DNA of 64,000 bases, taken from NCBI RefSeq assembly GCF_018977255.1, contig NW_024704742.1, positions 64,420,001 to 64,484,000 on the forward strand. The letters run 5' to 3'. The translations under genes were made by a program, and so were the position numbers. This DNA is from Callorhinchus milii (lineage: Eukaryota). Of this stretch, positions 1-13,000 are shown piece after piece (position 1 is the stretch's first letter; each line of letters opens with the position of its first letter). The notes below the pieces were generated by a model that was not told where the DNA came from, made no database searches, and saw only the letters and a program-made list of their open reading frames with translations.

Positions 1-790
1 TGCATTCCTGGTCCTCAGCCTCCTCTTGTTAGGTGGGGTTCCAGAGGCACTGCTTGTCCTCTGATACCTCACTCAAGTAACCATTGTTTCTGTGTAAGCC
101 TTGGCAGTGATTGTCCACAGTCTATTTAACTGACATTGGTCACAGACACGCAATAACCCTCCCTCCCCATCAGACACACAATCAGTAGAGGGTGCTCTAG
201 ATAATAATAATTATAATAATAATCCTTCCATCTGATATAGCGCCTAATCACGTTGTTGAGACGTATCAAAGCACTTCACAGAATATACTGTAAAGTGAAT
301 TGACTGTATATTTTAAGGGTGAAACCGAGCAGCCAATTGCTCACAGCAGTGTCCCACAAACAGTCGTGGATTTTTGGGGGAAGGATTATTATTCCTGGAA
401 AGTGATCCACCAAACAACTAACAACCAGGTTTTGTACTTACTGCTAGGTAAACAGAAGCATATGAAGTAAGGAAATTTACTTTAATAATTTATTACTTTA
501 ATAATAATCATTTTATTTATTAAATAATTTAATAACAATAATAAATTGGTCATTTTCAATCTACGACTGTTTGTGGGACATTGCTGTGCGCAATTGGCTG
601 CCGCGTTCGCCCACAAGTATACAGTCAATTCGCTTTACAGTGTTTTCTGTGAAGCGCTTTGGGACGTCCTCCCGACGTGAAAAGCGTTATATCAAATGCA
701 AGGATTATTATTATTATGAACTTACTTTAGTAATTCATTACTTTAATAATAATAATTTGAAGCACTGCTTGATGCTGGTCATATACATAC

Positions 791-1013
791 ATTGAATGGA
801 AGCAATGGGCAACAGTGAGCACCCAGCAAGGCTGGATAAGAATTCCAACGCAGAAAATATCCCCGTGATATATTGCTGCTAACGAGGGGAAGAAGCCAGA
901 CAAGTCCTCTGACTCTGAAATAATACCCTGACGATTATTTGGTAGTGGTTTTTCATTTCTTCTCCATTTTGAAAGCAGTTGCAAAGGTCTTTCATTATTT
1001 GTGTCGAATAATG
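791..1013 (-). CDS. HGFAC-like exon: linker, degenerate activation site and start of trypsin-like domain ([74 protein letters not shown])
   Basis: Acceptor ttgtgcttcag, donor gtatgt, 223 nt, phase 1-2; His57-motif VAHC with His codon at 805-807. Confidence 0.92.
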
Positions 1014-4000
1014 CTGAAGCACAACAGAAAAATGTAGTTATCTTGAGATAAAACTGAACTTAATAATAAGAATAATCCTTACATTTAATATAGAGCCTTA
1101 TCACGTCTTCAAGACGTCTCAAAGCTCTTCACAGAATGTACTGTAAAATGAAATGATTGTGGGAAACTTGGCAGTCAATTTTTTGCGCAGCAATGTCCCA
1201 CAAACATTAGAAGATTGTGTGACCAAATGTTTTTTTTAAAAGGGATTATTACCCTCAGAAAAGCGATCTGCCAATCGAATAACAACCGGGTTCCTACTTA
1301 CTGCTAGGTAAACAAAGGCATGTGGAGTAAGGAAACTTACACCTAACAATTCGCCCAGCCCGGGAATCAAACTTTTTTTGATGGTAACATAATTTTCCCA
1401 ACTTCACACATTGCATTGAAAATACTGAATATTTGGTATTTGCTTTTGGCTGCTGTACAAAGTTTCTATTTGCTTCATGTCTTACAGTTCTGAATTGTAT
1501 GTTTACATATTTTCAAAGCAACTTTACTAAAAAAAACTTTGTTAAATAAACTAATGTTTAATGGTCATTCTCGACTAACGTTGTCCATCTTACATCTGAG
1601 ACTAACTTCATTTTTTACTGCTGGAATCTTCTGGTTAAGTTAACTCCAGTTAAGTTAACTGGAGTCCTGTAGTTCAGTGGTTAGAGCACTCGCCTTGCAA
1701 GCAAGACACCTGGGTTCAATTCCAGGCAGAGCGAAACCTTGGGCAAGTTTCCTTACTCCACACAGAGCCTAATAATAATCCCTCCAAAAACAAAAAACAA
1801 TAATAAATTGGTCACTTTCAATCCACGACTGTTTGTGGGACACTGCTGTGCGAAATTGACTGCCACGTTTCGCCCACAAATATATGTTCAATTCACTTTA
1901 CAGCATATTCTGTAAAGCGCTTTGAGACGTCCTCCCGACGTGAAAAGCGCTATATCAAATGCAAGGATTATAATTATAATCTAGAAGACGTGAAAAGCGC
2001 TATATCAAATGCAAGGATTATTATTATTGTATATTATAAACCAAGGTCCTCTCGCGAGTGCTCTAATCAATACACTACAGGACTCCACACCAAACTTCCC
2101 ACCAAAATGTGCAACGATAACAATGGCCTGAGCTTGTGGTTGGGATCAGGAGGGGTGGAGGGCAGGGTAGGTAGAGATAGGGGGGTGACCAAAGGTACAG
2201 TTGAAGAGGGTCTTGAGATGGATCTTGAAGGAAGTGAAGGAAGAGGCGATGAAATGAATGGACTGTGGGATGAGGGTGGGGGGCAGAAAGGCTGAAGGCC
2301 CAAGTTTACAGCAACCAAGTGGGAAGAATCCGTGCCCCCTCCTCATGACCGTCTGCCCCTCCGAGTCTTACCATCAACACAAACTGACTGGTGAGTCATT
2401 CATCTGCAGAGCCCTGGGGACTGGGAACTTGCTGTGGCTCAGGAAGTGTCTAACAAGGCTCCGACCCATCATCTCGTCTGATCCAACATCTTGTGACCCA
2501 ATAATGTACAAGTCAACAACAACAACTTGTATTTATAGTGTGCCCTTCATGCGAGAGAGCGCTTAACCATTACATAGTTTAACGTCAAACCGCAGCTAAA
2601 GGGGAGGTGACAGTAGGGACAGTCGAAGAAGAAAATCTTCAGGTGTGATCTGAAGGGGGACAAGATGGAGAGATTGAGGCAGTGAGTTCCAGGTTAGGGG
2701 TTTTCATGGAGGAATCCACTGTTTAAGTCAGCAGCGCTTTTATCAGGGCTTACACCACTTGGCCATTTTCCCTCCCCAATTCAATCCACCTTGGAATATC
2801 CCAATATAGGTTTGACTGAAAGTTCTAAGAAAATAGTCAAGTGGTGTAACCCTTTTTAAAAGCGCTGCTGATGAGAGCAGAAAGAAAAATACACAACACA
2901 AGGGAAGAAATTAATAAAATGATAATTTGTACTGGTTGCACAGAGACATTAAACTTTTCTGGATCTCTCCTGTTCTGTAATAATAATAATCCTTGCATTT
3001 CATATAGTGCTTTTCACATCTTCGAGACACCTCAAAACGCTTCACAGAATATATTGTAAAGTGAATTGACTGTATATTTGTGAACAAAACGCAGCAGCCA
3101 ATTGCACACAGCAGTGTCCCACAAACAGTCATGGATTGAGTGACCAAATTTTTTTTTTTAAGCATTATTATCCCCGGAAAAGCGATCCGTCAATCGACTA
3201 ACAAACAAGTTCCTACTTACTACCAGGTAAACAGAGGCATGTGGAGTAAGGAAACTTGGCCAACATGTCACCCTGCTGAAATGTTATAAATATTATTTAT
3301 AAAATAATATTATTTTATTATATTATTTATAAAATAATATTATTTTATTATATTATCACCCGTAATAATATAATAAAATATTAGAACACTTACCATCAAC
3401 ACCACACTGAGGGATATGGCAATAATTCCAGGACACCTGCCCATTCAGTAGAGTGTAACACCACGGCTGTTCACTGTTGTCAGGGTTTCTACATCAGGGA
3501 GGAAAAAAAAATTCTATACGGAATTTTTCATTCAACAATAAATACAGTACAAGATAATTTACACTTACAGTACTTTTCGTGTCAGGAAGACATTCCAGCT
3601 AGGCACCAGAGTTGAGAGTAAGAATTGAGGAGGATGAGGAGGGGTACAACGACCAAAAGCGTGGTCAGAGAGATACCTTTTGAAATCAATACAACTCCAT
3701 ATGTATTCATTAATTCTTTGTTAAATTATGATATTAAATTGGCCATTCTGGTCCCCACACCCCTTCTTTTGAATTCCAGCTGTCCCTCTGAATTGCTTGC
3801 TCACTCCCTCCCTCCCCAGCCAACACTGGGAAGCACTTTAAAATTTCCTCCCAGCACTTTTAAATTTCTTGTATTGTATTTATTGTTGAATGAAATCAAT
3901 CTAAATATAAATGGTATTGTATTGCAGAATTATTAGTGAGACATATCTTCAAGTCAGAGACATTCAGAAGAATTACTTCAGCTGCCACCAACTTAATCAA

Positions 4001-7000
4001 AGGTGATGGTTCTGATGGTAACTTCTCTACATTGGACAACTTGAATATCCTGGTTCAGTCCATTATTCTTACTCATCCTTCTCTGGTGCTGCTTTGATGC
4101 CAAATCCTGTTGCTTATGAACTACACAAAGTACAAGTGGTGGTCAGAAGTGCACCAGTCCTCCAAATAAGTGAAGCAAGTGAAACAATATAAAAAGTGCA
4201 AAGAAATGGGATTAGGGTAAATTGCTCCAATGGAGGAGTTAGCACCATTATAGGTTTGATAGGCTAAATGGTTTCACAATGCCCCATAATTCCTATTATT
4301 TGCGAAATGTCAACTTATTTTGCCGTTATATATGTTACGAGATGCAAGGTAATTTGTCTTGCCACCTAATATTTCCATCATTTATGAGTGATTCATAATC
4401 ATAGTGTTTATGCCTATTTAGCATAAATATGTTCCATTGGATGGGGCGTCTATAACTAGGGGACACAAGTATAAGATAGTGACTAGGAGATCTAAAAGAT
4501 TTTAAGAAGAACTACTTCACATAGAGGGTAGTGAGATTGTGGAACTTGCTGCCTGAAACGATGGTTGAATCAGATATTATAGATGCATTCAAGAGGAAGC
4601 AAGACCTTCACATGAGGGAAAGCGGAACGGAAGCGTATGGGAGGGAGTAAGGAATGGAGTATAAACACTGGTATGGACTGGTTGGGCTGAGTGACTAGTT
4701 TCCATGCTGTACATTCTTTGTGATTCTTTGTAAAATTGCAATGTTTCCCAACATCAGAGTAAATTATCGCCCACTAGGTGGCAGTGCATTTCATCAGGTC
4801 AATATTTTGTTTTTCTTTATGAAATCCCAGTGACCACCATTTATTTTTATTATGAGGCAAGCGTTTTTTGTTTCGGAAATTTTTGGTCGCCAAGTTTTTT
4901 TATTGTGTAAAACATGTATTTCCTGCATTGGTATGTTAAGGTCAGGTGGAATCCACACACTCCACAGCAAAATATGAATGTTTTACTGACTGATTGGATG
5001 GCTCATAAAAACAATACAGGTATAATAATAATCCTTACATTTGGTATAGTGTCTTTTGTGTTGAGAGAATGACTCAAAGGGCTTAACTGTAAAAATTATA
5101 TATAAACAGAAGTGTAGACTAATGCAAGGCCAATTCGAACTTGGCAATGTCCCACAAACAGCCAAGAAGTGGCTGAGCACAAGATTTCTGGCTCATTTTC
5201 ATTGAAATGGTGGTGGGGAGTGGGGAGTATTGACATGGGTACTTCAAGTAATGCCACTTACATCAAAGATCTGGATTCTTCCACTCAGAGAAAGGCAGCT
5301 CCATTTATAGATAGCACCAAGCTGTAGATAACACTAAGATAGGGGGAAACTATGGCATGAGAGAAAGCAAACAGGATCAGATGTTAGCACTCCCGTTTCT
5401 GAGTCAGAAAGTTGTGGAGCTCCAGCTTCCCCAACACTACATTGAAATGTCAGAGTAGAATGGCCCAAGCTTCATATTGGGACTTTCTAGGCTGACATTC
5501 CAATGTTATTATTATTATTAGTGAGGGGGAGGGGGTCTGTATTGTCAGAGGTGCTATCCTTCGGGTGTGATGTTAAACCAAGGTCCCATCTTCCTGTTCA
5601 AGTCAACAATAAAGATCCCGTACCACTGCTCAAAAAGAGAGGGGTGTTTCTCTTGATGTCCTGGCCAGCAATCCCTCAAATACAAGTAATCAATCACTTC
5701 AAAGCTGTTTGTGGGACATTGCTGTGTGCAAATTGGCTGCAGCATTCACCTACATTACAAAATACGCATGGTAAAATCATTTCAAGCAATTTGAGCATTT
5801 TGATACTGTGATAAGGGGCTGTATCAAAATACAAGGATAATTATTATTATGTATGTCTTTTCACAGAGAGTAATCAACAGTTGGATTGGGTTACCAGAAA
5901 GGGTGGTCGGGAAACTGACTGATAATTTGAGTGAAACCCGGTCAGGGCATTATTTCAATAACAAACACAAATATTGCCCAGCAATGACATCATGAGTTAA
6001 GGTAACTCAGTAGAATATTCACATACAGGGGAAGCCTCTGTGGGAATGTAAAAGGACTAAAACACATAAACTACAGAGTGTCTCGACAATGATAAGATTC
6101 GAGTTGTTTTTGAACAACAGCTGTAAATAATTAGAGCAGAACTAGTGTCCTTGTACTGTCTGCAAATGTATAATGAAGCTTGTGATGATTGAATGCTTGT
6201 CAATCAACAGCAAGAATTGTTTGAGACACGAGTTAAGCATGAGGTGATTGCAAATAATCATGTATATAAACTAATGGGACTGCCCCGTTGTTAGAGGGAG
6301 AGTACCGACTCTTCTGAGAGAGTGCTATTGTACTGCCTCTCGCTTTCCCTCTCCTTGCTGCAAGTATTTGAATAAACTATATTTCTGAGCTAACTCTGTT
6401 TGTGAGTGTTCGTTTAATCCTAGCTATAGCGACATCATCCTGGGTTCGACAGGACACATTAAGCCGGACACATTGGGGTTGGTCGTTTTGTCCAATTTAC
6501 AGTTCGGGGTTAACTGGCATCCAGCTAAAGTGGTTTCCACTGTATTCGTCTCTGTAATTCTAGAGTTTCCTACCTGCAGAAGGAGTGATCACCTAAACCA
6601 AACTGAAGAAGATCATCTGAAGAAGAGATGTTGAACTTAAGTTTCATAAACGGCAGATTCCATTTCATGCAGTAATCGTCTGAAGCAGTCTTGTCTTCAG
6701 TACCTTTATAGCCAACTCCATTATTTTCATAACATTTAGTTAAAACATCTAGATATAAAAACAAATAGTTAGTTCATGGCACACAGCTGTTATCACTAAT
6801 AGTAGTAACAGCAATTCATTACATGCTGGATCCATTCAAATTTTCAAGACTGAGGTTAATAGATATTTGTTAGGTGAGGGTATCAAGGGATATGGGGCAA
6901 AGGTGGGTATCTGGAGTTGAGGTACAGATCAGCCATGATCTTATAGAATAGTGGAACTGGCTAGAGGGGCTGAGTGTCCTAACCTGTTCCTATGTTCTGA

Positions 7001-10000
7001 TATCCGATGATATATGCTATATAGACTGGATAAGTTAGGCCTTTTTTCTCTAGAGAAGAGACATTTAAGAGGAGACCTAATAGAGGAGTTCAAAATTATA
7101 AAAGTATTTAACAAGGTTGTCATAAGTAGGCAGTTTATCACTTGTGGGGGAGTCGATAACCAGGGGACACAAGTATAAGAAAATCTAATGAGAAGTGAGA
7201 ATGTGAAACTCACTGGCCAAAGTGGTGTTTGAATCAGATAGTATAATAATAATCCTTGCATTTGATATAGTGTCATATCGTGTCTTCAAGACATCTCAAG
7301 ACGCTTCACAGAATATTCTGTAAAGTGAATTGACTATATATTTTGAGAGTAAAACATGGCAGCCAATTGCATACAGCCGTGTCCCACAAACAGTCATGGA
7401 TTGAATGATCAATTTATTATTAATTTTTTTTGAAGGAATCTTTACCCCGGGAAAAGCGATCCACCAATCAACCATCAACCAGGTTCCTACTTACTGCTAG
7501 GTAAATAGAGGAGTGTGGAGTAAGGAAACTTTCCCAACATTTCACCCTGCTGAGAATCAAACCAGTTTCTCGCTTGCAAGGCGAGTTCTATAACCGTTGA
7601 GCTACAGGACACCGCAAAAGTATAGATGCATTTAAGAGGAAGCTTAATAGACTTATGAGGAAGAAAAAATAGAAGGCTATGGGGGGGAATAAGGAGAAGT
7701 AGAACTAACATGTAAACATACCTATTTCACAATATTGACCTGCAAAGCCCGCGGCACATTGACAAATAATCTCATTCTTCATTTGGATTATTCTACATTT
7801 CCCACCTTTGAGACATAGATTGATTAGGCATTCTGGAAGTTACAAAAGAGAGAAGGGAAACAAATAATAAAGTCAAATAATCATCTTTCCTTAATCCTTA
7901 CATTTGTCTGACACATGTAGAAACCCATCACCATGTTTAAGAATATCCAAACCAGACTAAAACAACAACAACAACAACAAGATTCCATTTATAGAGCGCC
8001 TTTCACGTCAGGAGGACGTCCCAAGGCGCTGCACAGTTGGGTCATGACCCGAGCAGGGGGGAAATGGTCAGGGTGAGGGGAGGGAAGGGAGGGAGAGAGG
8101 AGGGGGGAAATGGTCAGGGTGAGGGGAGGGAAGGGAGGGAGCGAGGAGGAGGAAGAGAGTCGAGAGGGGAGCTGAAGGCACGGTCAAAGAGAAAGGTTTT
8201 GAGACCGGCCTTGAAGGAGGAAAGGGAGGAAGCGGCGAAGGCACTGGGGGATGGAGTTCCAGAGCCTCGGGGCTGAGAGGCTGAAGGCCCGACCACCGAT
8301 AGTAGGGCGGTTGGGGCGGGGGACGTGGAGCAGACCGGAGCCAGAGGAACGGAGGGTACGGGCAGGTAGGTAAGGGGATAGTAGGTTGGAGAGGTAGGAG
8401 GGAGCAAGGCCGTGAATGGCCTTGTAGGTGAGGATGAGGATCTTGAAATCAATCCTCTGGGGGATGGGGAGCCAGTGGAGGCGAGCGAGGGTAGGAGTGA
8501 TGTGGTCCCGAAGCCTGGTGCGGGACAGTACACGAGCTGCAGAGTTCTGAATGACCTGCAGCTTGTGGAGGGAGGTGCCGGGAAGGCCGGCGAGGAGAGA
8601 GTTCCCATAGTCCAGCCTTGAGGTGACAAAGGCGTGAACCAGGGTTTCAGCAGCGTGAGGGGTGAGGTAGTGCCGTAATCTGGTGATATTCCGGAGGTGA
8701 TGGAAGGCGGTGCCAGTTGTGGTGCGGATGTGAGGGAGAAAGGACAGCTCAGGGTCCATGGATGTATTCCACTTGGACAAGGACATTTCCCTAAATCTGA
8801 AAGGGAGTACACATTCTCTCCCAGGAGGTACATGTCCTGCTTACCTAATTCCGGAGTATTAGACGTAGGTTGGCAAGAGACAAGGTTTGGGGATCCCAGA
8901 ATGTGTGTTGTGATAGTGCTGCAGTTTAACCTCATAGCTTGCCATTGAAAGCCCTGTCTGATAAGCTTCTCTCTGCATGTCCAGCTAGAACCAAACTACA
9001 TATTTATTACCTTTGGCTTGCAGGATTAACAGGAGCAAAGCGGGAAGAATTCCTAACCCCAATGAGTGGTCTGGCTCTCCAAGTGCTAGAGCCATGAGCC
9101 AGTCTGGCTAGCTTGTCGTCATCAATGTGCAGGAATACTGTGGAGCCATCTAGCTCAGGAACTGGACTACCACAGAGGGTTGCCTTGACTCCAAGCATTC
9201 TGTTGCCAAGCATGGCACCTCAGAACCAGCTCAGCTCCATGGAGACCCAGCTTGCCTCCGCTCCTCCAAGGAGAATAGTGGCAAGAGTTTTTACTAATAC
9301 CTTTGGACTTTACAGTTTGACAAGAAGACACGCTTTTAGTGCACTGGCAACTTTCAACATCATTCCCATTCATTCGGATCCAGGATTCTCCTTCAATGAA
9401 GAACCGGTATATTGATTTGTCAAAGCAGGTTTCTGGAAAACGCAATAGAAGAACAAGCTGCTTTTAGGGTATATACTGAAATCAAATTTTCAGCTCCGGT
9501 AATCACAGTACAGTGTAATCCCAAAGTATAATCTCCCAACCACATCACCCACATCAGACCTGAACGAAAGGCTTCTCTGGCGAGAAATTTTGGGCACTTC
9601 CCTGTCAATTAAATAATTTGAAAGTAAGGAAGAAAACGTAAGACATATTTCATTAAAATACTTGAACCCCTAAATTCTGCAGGGTTTTCTTTGGGATGGA
9701 ATTTGGACCTCCGTCACTACATCTCCCCTTGGGCCAATGAAACAATTATAAAATACTTGCGGAACTATCTCTTCCCTCAGACTGCTGAGACTCTCATCTA
9801 TGCATTCATTATGTCAAGGCTTGACTACGATAACTCCCCGTTATCCAGACTTACCAACTTTTTCCTCCACAAAGCTGTAGATCATTCAGAATTCTGCAGC
9901 TTGTATCCTCTCCCGCACTAAGCTTCATGAGTTGATCATCCTTGTCCGGCTTCACTGGTTTCCCCAACTCCCAGACAATCGAGTTCAAGATCCCTGTCCT

Positions 10001-13000
10001 CACTTTCAAACCCATCCATTGGCACTGGCCTGCTCCATGTCCACACCAGTGGAGGTCAGGCCTTCAATCTTTCTGCTCTCACCCTCTGGAACTCTATCCT
10101 GGAGCCCCTCCACCTCTCCCCCTCCCTTGCCTCCTTCAAGGCCAGTCTCAAGACCTTCCTCTTCGTCCGTGCCTTTGGTCATCTTTCCCACCCCCAACCC
10201 CATTGCTCTACATCCCTCCTGATTCCAATCTCTTCACTGTCCAGCACATTGGGACGTTCTCCCAATGAGAAAAATAATAATAATAATCCTTGCATTTGAC
10301 ATAGCACTTTTCACGTCTTCAGGTCGTCTCAAAGCGCTTCACAGCATATACTGTAAAGTGAATTGACTCTATATTTGTGGGAGAAACATGGCAGCCAATT
10401 GCGCACAGCAGTGTCCCACAAACAGTCGTGAATTGAGTGATCAAATAATTATTTTTTTCTTGAGTGGGGGGTGGTGGGGGGGTGATGGGGATGGATTCAG
10501 GTAACGAGTACCAGAGGTTCGGGGCCAAGTTGCCGAAAGCTCAGCCATTGATGGTGGTGCAGAATGGTCGGAAAACACACCTGTGCTATCTGAGCGAAAG
10601 GGACAGCAGAGGAGTGGGGTATGAGCAGGTTCAGTCAGGGAGCTGGAAATCCAGCTAGAGACATTCACAGCAATAAAGCATGGTGAGGGTGCCAGCATGT
10701 TTGGCAAAGAGAGCAATCTGCCTGGCCAGGGTGCCAGACTGTGTGGTGAAGGTGGCAGTGTGTGTGGCGGTGGTGGCAGTGTGTGTGGCGGTGGTGGCAG
10801 TGTGTGTGGCGGTGGTGGCAGTGTGTGTGGCGGTGGTGGCAGTGTGTGTGGCGGTGGTGGCAGTGTGTGTGGCGGTGGTGGCAGTGTGTGTGGCGGTGGT
10901 GGCAGTGTGTGTGGCGGTGGTGGCAGTGTGTGTGGCGGTGGTGGCAGTGTGTGTGGCGGTGGTGGCAGTGTGTGTGTGGGGGAGGTGCCTTTGTTATAAA
11001 TAGAACAAAAATAATTTTCCACACAGTAGTAAAAGCTATCTACCGATGGGCATTGACCAAACAAACGAAAATAGTCTTATTGATCGCTTTGACGAGTAAG
11101 TCAAATTGATCAGTGAGCGAGTATTAATTTTCTTTTCTTTTTATTACAATTTTTGCTTTTTTGTTTACTCCTTTTTTTTTTACTAATTCCTAATGATTAA
11201 ACATTTTTTAAATCAAAAAACTGTGAAATCCGAAGCGGAGCTTTACTCCCATACCTTCCTCACAGTGACTTCCTGTAAATTCTGGCCTACATATGCAATG
11301 GTAATTGTTTGCAGTTTCAAGTTTCATGCAGGTGCCTTCGTTTTTACATGGCTGGTAATAGCAGGGGTCTGTGCAGAAAAAACAAAGTTAAATGTCATTG
11401 CTGTGCATTCTATTTCCATTAACTCATATCCCACATATTTAATGATCCACTCGTAACCCTTTTACCAAACACATGTCATAGTTACTGCAAATGTTACTCC
11501 TCTGTACAAAAAGGGGCAAAAGGATAAACCCGGGAACTACAGGCCAGTCAGCCTAACGTCAGTAGTGTGTAAACTTCTAGAAACTATAATCCCGGACAAA
11601 ATAAATTGTCACTTAGAATAATATGAGTTAATAAAGGACAGCCAACACAGATTTGTTAAAGGTAAATCATGTCTAACGAACCTGATAGCAGTCTAACAAA
11701 CCTGATGAGTTTTTTGATGAAGTAATGGAGAGTGTGGATGAAGGTAGTGCAGTTGATGTAGTTTATATGGATTTTCAAAACAACAACAACAACTTGGATT
11801 TATATAGCGCCCTCCACGCCGGACGGTGTCCCAGAGCACTTTACAGTAACGGATCCCGGGGCCGAGCCAGGGGCAAAGAGAAGAAGGTGACCAAGGCGCG
11901 GTCAAAAAGAAAGGTCTTCAGCAGAGACCTGAAAATGGGGAGGGAGCGAGACGAAAAAAGTGAGGAAGGCAGTTCCAGAGCCTCGGGGCACAGTGGCTGA
12001 AGGCACAGCCGCCGAGGGTGGAGTGGAGGACTCGGGGGACGAGGAGGAGACCAGACCCGGAGGAACGAAGGCAGCAGGTACTGTTTTGAGGAGAGAGGAA
12101 GTCAGAGAGGTAAGGGGTTGCAGAGGAGTGCAGGGACTTGAATACAAGGGTGAGGACCTTGAAATCGATCCTCTCTGGGATAGGCAGCCAGTGCAGTCTG
12201 GCACGGACTGGGGTGATTGGGGAGCGGAGTTTTGTGCGGGTGAGAATGCGGGCGGCAGAGTTTTGAATCAAAAGGCGTTTGATAAAGTGCCACATAAGAG
12301 ACTTGTAAGCAAAATAGAAGCCCACAATATTAAAAGGACAGTGGCAGCATGGATACAGAACTGCCTGGGAGACAGAAAGCAGAGAGTGGTGGTGAACGTT
12401 ATTTTTCTGACTGGAGGGAAGTGTGCAGTGGTGTCACCCCAGGGGTCGGTATTAGGACCACTGCTGTTTTTGATCTATATAAATGACCTGGACTTGGGTA
12501 TAGGGAATACAATTTCCAAGTTTGCAGATGATACTAAGCTAGGAAAAGTCGTAAATCGTGAAGAGGATAGTAGCAGATTGCAAAAGGACATGGACAGACT
12601 GGTAAAATGGGCAGACAGGTGGCAGATGAAGTTTAAAGTGGAGAAATGCGAAATGATGCATTTTGGGAGGAAGAATGAGGAGAGGCAATATAAGCTGATG
12701 GTACAATCTTAAAGGGGGTGAAGGAACAGAAAGACCTGGGAGTTCATATAAGTAAATCTTTGAAGGTGGCAGGACAGGCAGATAAAGCTGTTAAAAAAGC
12801 ATATGGGATACTGGGCTTTATAAATAGGGGTATAAATTGCAAAAGTCAGGAAGTTATGGCCTCAGCTAGAGTATTGTGTTCAGTTCTGGGCTCCACACTT
12901 TAGGAAGGATGTCAAGGCATTGGAGAGGGTGCAAAGGAGATTTACCAGGATGGTACCAGGAATGACGGGCTTCAGTTATCAGGAGAGGCGAGAGAGGCTA

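Noticed and set aside
571..795. Recurrent '[15 protein letters not shown]...KCKDYYY' ORFs (also 16257, 19497, 25239, 41270, 56122, 60020)
   Set aside because: Chance translations of the SINE consensus, not a gene family.
1659..1735. tRNA genes at tagctcagtggttagagc...ggttcaattcc motifs
   Set aside because: These are SINE heads continuing into Deu core and tail, with no proper acceptor stem.
10751..10976. CRISPR-like array
   Set aside because: Head-to-tail repeats with no unique spacers; eukaryotic context and no cas genes.
10441..11109. Pro/His, Gly/Cys and Trp-rich repeat ORFs
   Set aside because: All arise from the stop-free 21-bp minisatellite in an intron.
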